A stretch of DNA of 32,000 nucleotides from Fastidiosibacter lacustris (GTDB taxonomy: Bacteria; Pseudomonadota; Gammaproteobacteria; Francisellales; Francisellaceae), in NCBI RefSeq assembly GCF_003428155.1, contig NZ_QLIR01000012.1, positions 1-32,000 of the forward strand, given 5' to 3'. Under the pieces are notes generated by a model. That model worked only from the letters and a program-made list of their open reading frames with translations, was not told the origin of the DNA and made no database searches. The position numbers and the translations under genes were made by a program. Positions 27,137 to 32,000 of the stretch are shown piece by piece (positions within the stretch are counted from its first letter, which is position 1; each line of letters opens with the position of its first letter).

Positions 27137-29041
27137 TTGCTCAGCATGAGGGGTATTCATTATACGATGTGGTGTGCGGTAACATGGCTTTTTTGTATTA
27201 CGACCATCGCTGTTGTCACAGCAAATGAGATGCAACAACACTTTGATAATTATTCGACTGACTATCAGGATGTTGCAAAAAACATGATTACATCAGGTCA
27301 GCTTAATAGCAAGATCAATGCACAGGATTATACCAAAGATGATATCAATGCTATTGCTGTCAAGGGTTATTACGATAATCCTGATGCCATGACAGAAGAT
27401 AGTAAAAAAGCGTATAGAGAAAATACAAACACCCAAGCATTAAGTGATTTGCAGATCAATGGCAAACAAAAGATTGACCCAAATAATCCTGCATACAAAA
27501 AAGCGGCTGAAACCCAAGCGAATGCCGATAAAATCTTACATGAAACAATCGGTTCAGGTTATCAATGCACAGAAGTGTCAATGGGTTGCACTACAGAAAC
27601 AACGGTTAAAACCTGTCAGCAATCGAATCATCAGAATTTATCCTGTTATCTTTTGCCAAAAATTGAAGTGATTGACGTGCCCTATCTAACGCAAGATACT
27701 TTTACTGGACAACTAGCGAACATTGCAGGGGCTGTAGGCTATATCGTTGTACCTGAAAAGGGCACCATTATATCTGCGCATATACAGTTAAATAATTATG
27801 GACATAATATTTGGACATGTAAACGTAATTATTGGGGATTAGTCTCAGGCGATAGAACCAATACATTTTGGCCTGACTGTGGTGGCGGAACCGATGGATT
27901 TGGTGCGGGCTTTAGTGTCGGTCATATTAGTATTCCCGTAGCGTCTCAGCAAAGTGTTCCTTTTGAGCTTAAGTGTGACCCTGGTCGTTTGGGTATTCGC
28001 CATTGTGGAACGGTTGGTTCAGCATGGCGACAATGGACAATCGTCATGAATGTGACGCGATATAAGAAAGAAGCGCATGTCACATGGCAAGATACCTGTA
28101 CCAACTTACAAACCAGTGCTTGCGTTAAAACTTCAGAAGTCTGCACAGAAGGTGGGGGAACGCGCCATATCAGTGGTATTGATGTGACGTTAGATTGCTG
28201 GCGTTATGACTTAACCTATTCCTGTGGTTATAACAAAGTCGATTCATGCAAACCTTTTGCGGATAAGTGCAATTATGTTTCTCAACGTTGTATCGAACAA
28301 GACAGTGGGTTTTGTTTAACCTATGAGAAAACCTATCATTGTATCCAAGAGGATTGCGCTCACAAAGAATTGCGTTGTGGCGATCCAAATTCCATTCTCT
28401 TCACGCAAAAAATAGCGCATGGCACGGCAAATGGTTTTGGCAAAGCCGTTGCAGGGTTTGCGGGTGTTTCTGCCGCAGGGAATGATTTAAATAAAACCCA
28501 AGATCAGTTGCAAATATTTAAAGGGAAACCCAATGACTGTGGTGAAGCAGGATTGGGGCTTTATGATTGCTGTGATGGCGGTGGCAATATGCTACACCGC
28601 TGTTCAGAAACTGAAAAAGCATTAAAAGAAGCTCGTGATAAAAACTTAGCGACTTATGTGGGGCGTTATTGTGCTAAAAAAGCGTTAGGCGTTTGTCTTG
28701 TCTATCATCAATCATGGTGTATGTTTGAATCGAAACTGACACGGATTATTCAAGAACAGGGGCGAGCAGGACAGCTTCGCCTATCATTTGGTGACGGTGA
28801 GAATCCCAATTGCTCAGGGTTAACCCCTGAACAGTTGCAACAGATTAATTTTGAGCAAATTGATTTTAGTGAGATTTATGCTGATTTGTCGGTGCATAGC
28901 CCCAGTGATCAATCGATTGAAGAGGCAATGAGCAATAAGTTCAAAACGAATAAGGAAACACCGCAGTATATGAAAAAGAAGACTGAAGAAGCACAAGATC
29001 AGCCATTGAAAGATGAGGACATTAAATACCAAGGTGTATAG
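27137..29041 (+). CDS. traN: Cysteine-rich mating-pair stabilisation protein TraN
   Basis: Cys-rich 634 aa with NCSGLTPEQLQQINFEQIDFSEIYAD. Located between trbC and traF. Confidence 0.9.
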   Translation: MLSMRGIHYTMWCAVTWLFCITTIAVVTANEMQQHFDNYSTDYQDVAKNMITSGQLNSKINAQDYTKDDINAIAVKGYYDNPDAMTEDSKKAYRENTNTQALSDLQINGKQKIDPNNPAYKKAAETQANADKILHETIGSGYQCTEVSMGCTTETTVKTCQQSNHQNLSCYLLPKIEVIDVPYLTQDTFTGQLANIAGAVGYIVVPEKGTIISAHIQLNNYGHNIWTCKRNYWGLVSGDRTNTFWPDCGGGTDGFGAGFSVGHISIPVASQQSVPFELKCDPGRLGIRHCGTVGSAWRQWTIVMNVTRYKKEAHVTWQDTCTNLQTSACVKTSEVCTEGGGTRHISGIDVTLDCWRYDLTYSCGYNKVDSCKPFADKCNYVSQRCIEQDSGFCLTYEKTYHCIQEDCAHKELRCGDPNSILFTQKIAHGTANGFGKAVAGFAGVSAAGNDLNKTQDQLQIFKGKPNDCGEAGLGLYDCCDGGGNMLHRCSETEKALKEARDKNLATYVGRYCAKKALGVCLVYHQSWCMFESKLTRIIQEQGRAGQLRLSFGDGENPNCSGLTPEQLQQINFEQIDFSEIYADLSVHSPSDQSIEEAMSNKFKTNKETPQYMKKKTEEAQDQPLKDEDIKYQGV

Positions 29042-29042
29042 C

Positions 29043-29903
29043 ATGCAGAAAGTTAAAAACGTCAAAGACATTAAAGAGATCAAAAAAATAAAAAAAATAA
29101 AAAAACTGGCAAAAGTAAAAAGCCTGTTTTTAGTAAGCATTTCGTTTATGGTTTTTTTCTTTAGTACCGCATCACATGCTGCTTATCGCGCCCAAGGATG
29201 GAGCTGGTATAACGCTGCTATTGTCGATTATACGGACGATGATGAGCAACCAAAAAAAGAAAAACAACCAAAAGAAGTAACTGTGACGACACAATTGCCA
29301 ATGTCGTATTCCCAGCAGTTGGCGGATTTTCAGGCGTATTATCAAGAGGTTTATGACAAAGCATTGATTACACAAAACGTTGAAGATGTCGCTTATGCTG
29401 CTCGGCTCAATCAATGGATGATCGAGCAATCTAAAGGCTATGGACGTGCATACAAAGAAGCGTTATTAAAATACCCTGAATTATCGCATGAGTTGAAATT
29501 CCCAACGGCACAAGTGGCGCGTCAAGTGGCTTATCAGGAAGAGAAGAAAGAACAAAGTCGGGCAATTGAAACCTTATCCAAACAGTATGGTTTATTCTAT
29601 TTTTATCGTGGTGGCAATGCGTATGATCAAGCGATGGCTGAGTCTGTTCAGGATTTAGCGAATCAATATAAGATTTCATTAATTGGTTTTCCTGTTGATG
29701 GACAAGCGTTAGCCGTCATTAAAAATAATCATGCTCACACTAACCAGATGCAGACTGTAGGAGTTAAAGCCTTGCCAGCATTGTTTTTGGTTGACCCTAT
29801 TCATAAAAAATCACATCCCCTAGCGTATGGTTTTATTGCTCAAGATGATGTGAAAAAGCATTACGTTGATATTGCCACAAACTTTGGGCGGGAGGAAATA
29901 TAA
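29043..29903 (+). CDS. traF: F-type pilus assembly protein TraF
   Basis: GLFYFYRGGNAYDQAMAESVQDLANQYKISLIGFPVDG...VGVKALPALFLVDP. The thioredoxin-like fold lacks CxxC. Confidence 0.88.
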   Translation: MQKVKNVKDIKEIKKIKKIKKLAKVKSLFLVSISFMVFFFSTASHAAYRAQGWSWYNAAIVDYTDDDEQPKKEKQPKEVTVTTQLPMSYSQQLADFQAYYQEVYDKALITQNVEDVAYAARLNQWMIEQSKGYGRAYKEALLKYPELSHELKFPTAQVARQVAYQEEKKEQSRAIETLSKQYGLFYFYRGGNAYDQAMAESVQDLANQYKISLIGFPVDGQALAVIKNNHAHTNQMQTVGVKALPALFLVDPIHKKSHPLAYGFIAQDDVKKHYVDIATNFGREEI

Positions 29904-30640
29904 TGTTATTTTTATTATTTTCATTATTTTTTTTGTTTCTATTCTTTTTATTCTTTTTATTAACGACACTATCTAGCCAGTTCAGACAATTAAAAAGCGT
30001 AAACCGTTCTGTTGTCGGTGTTTTAAAACGCCTGATAGGTATGTCTGCACTATTGGGATTAGTCTCAATTAGTTGGGCAAATTTATCCACTGATAGTGTC
30101 TTTTTAAAAACCCAGTCAGCACGCCATACTCAATCTGTGAATAGCCAGAATATGCAGCAAACATCTTCTGACGTGATGATTGCTAAGCAGCAACCACGAC
30201 AGATAGATAAAGCATTACAAGTAGATGGAGTAAACGAGGTAAAAGAGGTAAAAGAAAGTAAAGAGGCTAAAGCAAAGACATTGATTGGGCAATTGGCACA
30301 GTCAGGCTATGCCTTGATATTTTTCTTTCACTCTAGCTGTGGGCATTGTCATCAGTTTGCACCGATCGTAAAGTCGGTATCTACTAAGTATGGGTTTTAT
30401 GTGTTTGACTTTAGTTTTGACAACCAAGGATTGCCAAGTTTCCCCACCCCTGCAACAGTGACCCAAGCAATTTACCGCGCCTATTACGGCAATGCTAAGC
30501 CATTTTATCCTGTGCTGATTTTACAAAACGTCAACACGATGGAATTTTATGTGGTGGCACAAGGGAACATTCCAGAGAGGTTATTAGAGCAACATCTGAA
30601 TCAATATGCTAAGGAGTTGTTACGTGATCATTCTCTCTAA
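29903..30640 (+). CDS. trbB: Thioredoxin-like thiol-disulfide isomerase, TrbB-like
   Basis: YALIFFFHSSCGHCHQFAPIVKSVSTKYGFYVFDFS; CGHC active site. Located between traF and traH. Confidence 0.75.
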   Translation: MLFLLFSLFFLFLFFLFFLLTTLSSQFRQLKSVNRSVVGVLKRLIGMSALLGLVSISWANLSTDSVFLKTQSARHTQSVNSQNMQQTSSDVMIAKQQPRQIDKALQVDGVNEVKEVKESKEAKAKTLIGQLAQSGYALIFFFHSSCGHCHQFAPIVKSVSTKYGFYVFDFSFDNQGLPSFPTPATVTQAIYRAYYGNAKPFYPVLILQNVNTMEFYVVAQGNIPERLLEQHLNQYAKELLRDHSL

Positions 30641-30722
30641 ATTATTTTATCGTTTTTATACATTTTATAAACAAATAAAGCGTAAACGCTCAAATCATTT
30701 TGTTATTGTTTTGATTGCTTTG

Positions 30723-32000
30723 ATGCGTTGGAGTATATTATCTTTCACGATGAGCCATTTGGCTTATGCTAGCTTTGCTGAAAGTTTAAATACCTACGCC
30801 AATGAAATTGGTTATGCCAATGTCACAGGTGCCACTGCGGCAATGACGCAATCAGGTGGGCATTTTTCAGCAGGCAGTGGTTACATTGCCACACCTGTTA
30901 AACAAATTCAGCTTGCTCATGTGCAAATGCCTAATATCAGTGCCAGTTGTTCAGGGATTGATTGGACAGTCGGTGGCATGAGTTTTATCAACTCTGAAAA
31001 ATTAACACAGTTTGGGCAAGCCATTGTACAAAGTGCAGTACCTTTTTCGATTGATTTAGCCTTGCAAACATGGGCACCACAAATCGCAGCGCTTAAAGGT
31101 AAGTTTGAAGCGATTGCCAATGCAATTAATAATTTAAACATTAGTTCCTGTCAGGCAGCCCAACTGGCTGTTGGTGCAGTGTCAGGGTCATTTATGGAGG
31201 GTAAGGGTAAGGAATATCTGTGCCAATCCTATAAGGCGCAAAATAGTCGTGCATCGGGTTGGCTTGCCAGTCAGCAAGGCTGTAGTAACACGGCCGATGC
31301 CGCAGCAGCGAATCAGGCAGCTAAAAATGATCCTAACCTTGATCATTTGATTAAGCAAGACCGTAATATTGTGTGGTATCAACTGATGAAAAATGACTTT
31401 TTACAAAAAAATCCTGAGGTGGCTGAATACTTAATGTCGATGACAGGCACCATTATTTATCCACCTATAGATAGCAGTGGACAGATGAAACCTGATCGTC
31501 GATCGCCTTTGATGATTGACAGTAAAACCGCAGGCTTTAACGAGTTGTTATTTGGCACCAGCACCAATAGCAAAATAGACGTGTATCGATGTGATGATCG
31601 TAACCAAGAAAAATGCCGAAATCCAAGCACTGTAAAACTCAATATTCCTAAAAATAAGGCATTAGTACCTAAAATCACCACGATATTAGAAAGCATGGGG
31701 CAGAAGTTTATCAATGATACCAAGTTATCCTCCGAGGAAGAAAACTTAATCAATGCGGTTAACTTTCCGTTACTTGCCATTATTCACGCAGAAATTCGCG
31801 CAGGATGGGTGCCTGAGTATAACCTCTATGCCGATATTGTCAGTCGTATTGTGCTATCAAGTTATATTGGGCAAATTATCCATCAAGCGATGGCTGCGAT
31901 TATTCATAATCCATCAGCATCCTCGGATGAAGACTTTAAATGGATTCGTGAGAATCTACAGAATGCACAACGCTTAATCGTGGGGCAATATCAAACACAA
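30723..32000 (+). CDS. traH: Pilus assembly protein TraH, 3' truncated by window edge (in-frame GTG also available at 30624)
   Basis: Continuous open frame to the edge: SFAESLNTYANEIGYANVTGATAAMTQSGGHFSAGSGYIATPVKQIQLAHVQMPNISASCSGIDWTVGGMSFIN. Not in the supplied ORF track because it has no stop. Confidence 0.93.
   Translation, partial: MRWSILSFTMSHLAYASFAESLNTYANEIGYANVTGATAAMTQSGGHFSAGSGYIATPVKQIQLAHVQMPNISASCSGIDWTVGGMSFINSEKLTQFGQAIVQSAVPFSIDLALQTWAPQIAALKGKFEAIANAINNLNISSCQAAQLAVGAVSGSFMEGKGKEYLCQSYKAQNSRASGWLASQQGCSNTADAAAANQAAKNDPNLDHLIKQDRNIVWYQLMKNDFLQKNPEVAEYLMSMTGTIIYPPIDSSGQMKPDRRSPLMIDSKTAGFNELLFGTSTNSKIDVYRCDDRNQEKCRNPSTVKLNIPKNKALVPKITTILESMGQKFINDTKLSSEEENLINAVNFPLLAIIHAEIRAGWVPEYNLYADIVSRIVLSSYIGQIIHQAMAAIIHNPSASSDEDFKWIRENLQNAQRLIVGQYQTQ

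Noticed and set aside
27444-28388. Short ORFs on both strands within traN
   Set aside because: Contained in traN, with no RBS or recognisable domains.
30917-31780. Three minus-strand ORFs near the right edge
   Set aside because: They are antisense to the continuous TraH frame.
1-32000. tRNA, rRNA or phage structural genes
   Set aside because: I saw no tRNA/rRNA-like sequences or phage head/tail genes. Not checked with tRNAscan or HMMs.

Overview
The window looks like part of an AT-rich conjugative plasmid, or plasmid-like element, from a gammaproteobacterium. The host was not determined. From left to right it contains: (1) 1-2.2 kb, debris and stability genes: the 3' end of an IS481-like transposase with its terminal repeat, a serine-recombinase N-terminal fragment, DUF2442/DUF4160-like ORFs, a serine recombinase and a PemK/MazF-like toxin-antitoxin pair. 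(2) 2.3-6.7 kb, replication and partition: ParB- and ParA-like proteins with three copies of a perfect 16-bp palindrome, a Rep_3-like initiator, an 11-copy 21-bp iteron array, and a RepL-like winged-helix ORF on the other side of the array. (3) 6.7-12.4 kb, accessory genes: an exported 2H-phosphoesterase-like protein, a GNAT acetyltransferase with an apparent 5' frameshift, then a two-gene ATGA-coupled unit (two-TM protein with a degenerate histidine-kinase-like end, plus an NB-ARC/STAND NTPase with helical repeats and a hydrophobic N-terminus) next to a convergent XRE regulator. (4) 12.4-15.5 kb, a hairpin-dense, poorly annotated region with a possible structured RNA or attenuator, small ORFs, an outer-membrane barrel protein and a lipoprotein. 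(5) 15.6-32 kb, an F-type T4SS operon in the order traA-L-E-K-B-V-C-trbI-orf-W-U-orf-trbC-N-F-trbB-H, with traH running off the right edge and missing from the supplied ORF track. The best candidates for something undescribed are the kinase-like/NB-ARC/XRE module and the possible structured RNA at about 13.23-13.33 kb. No database search was run; family calls come from recognisable motifs and gene order.
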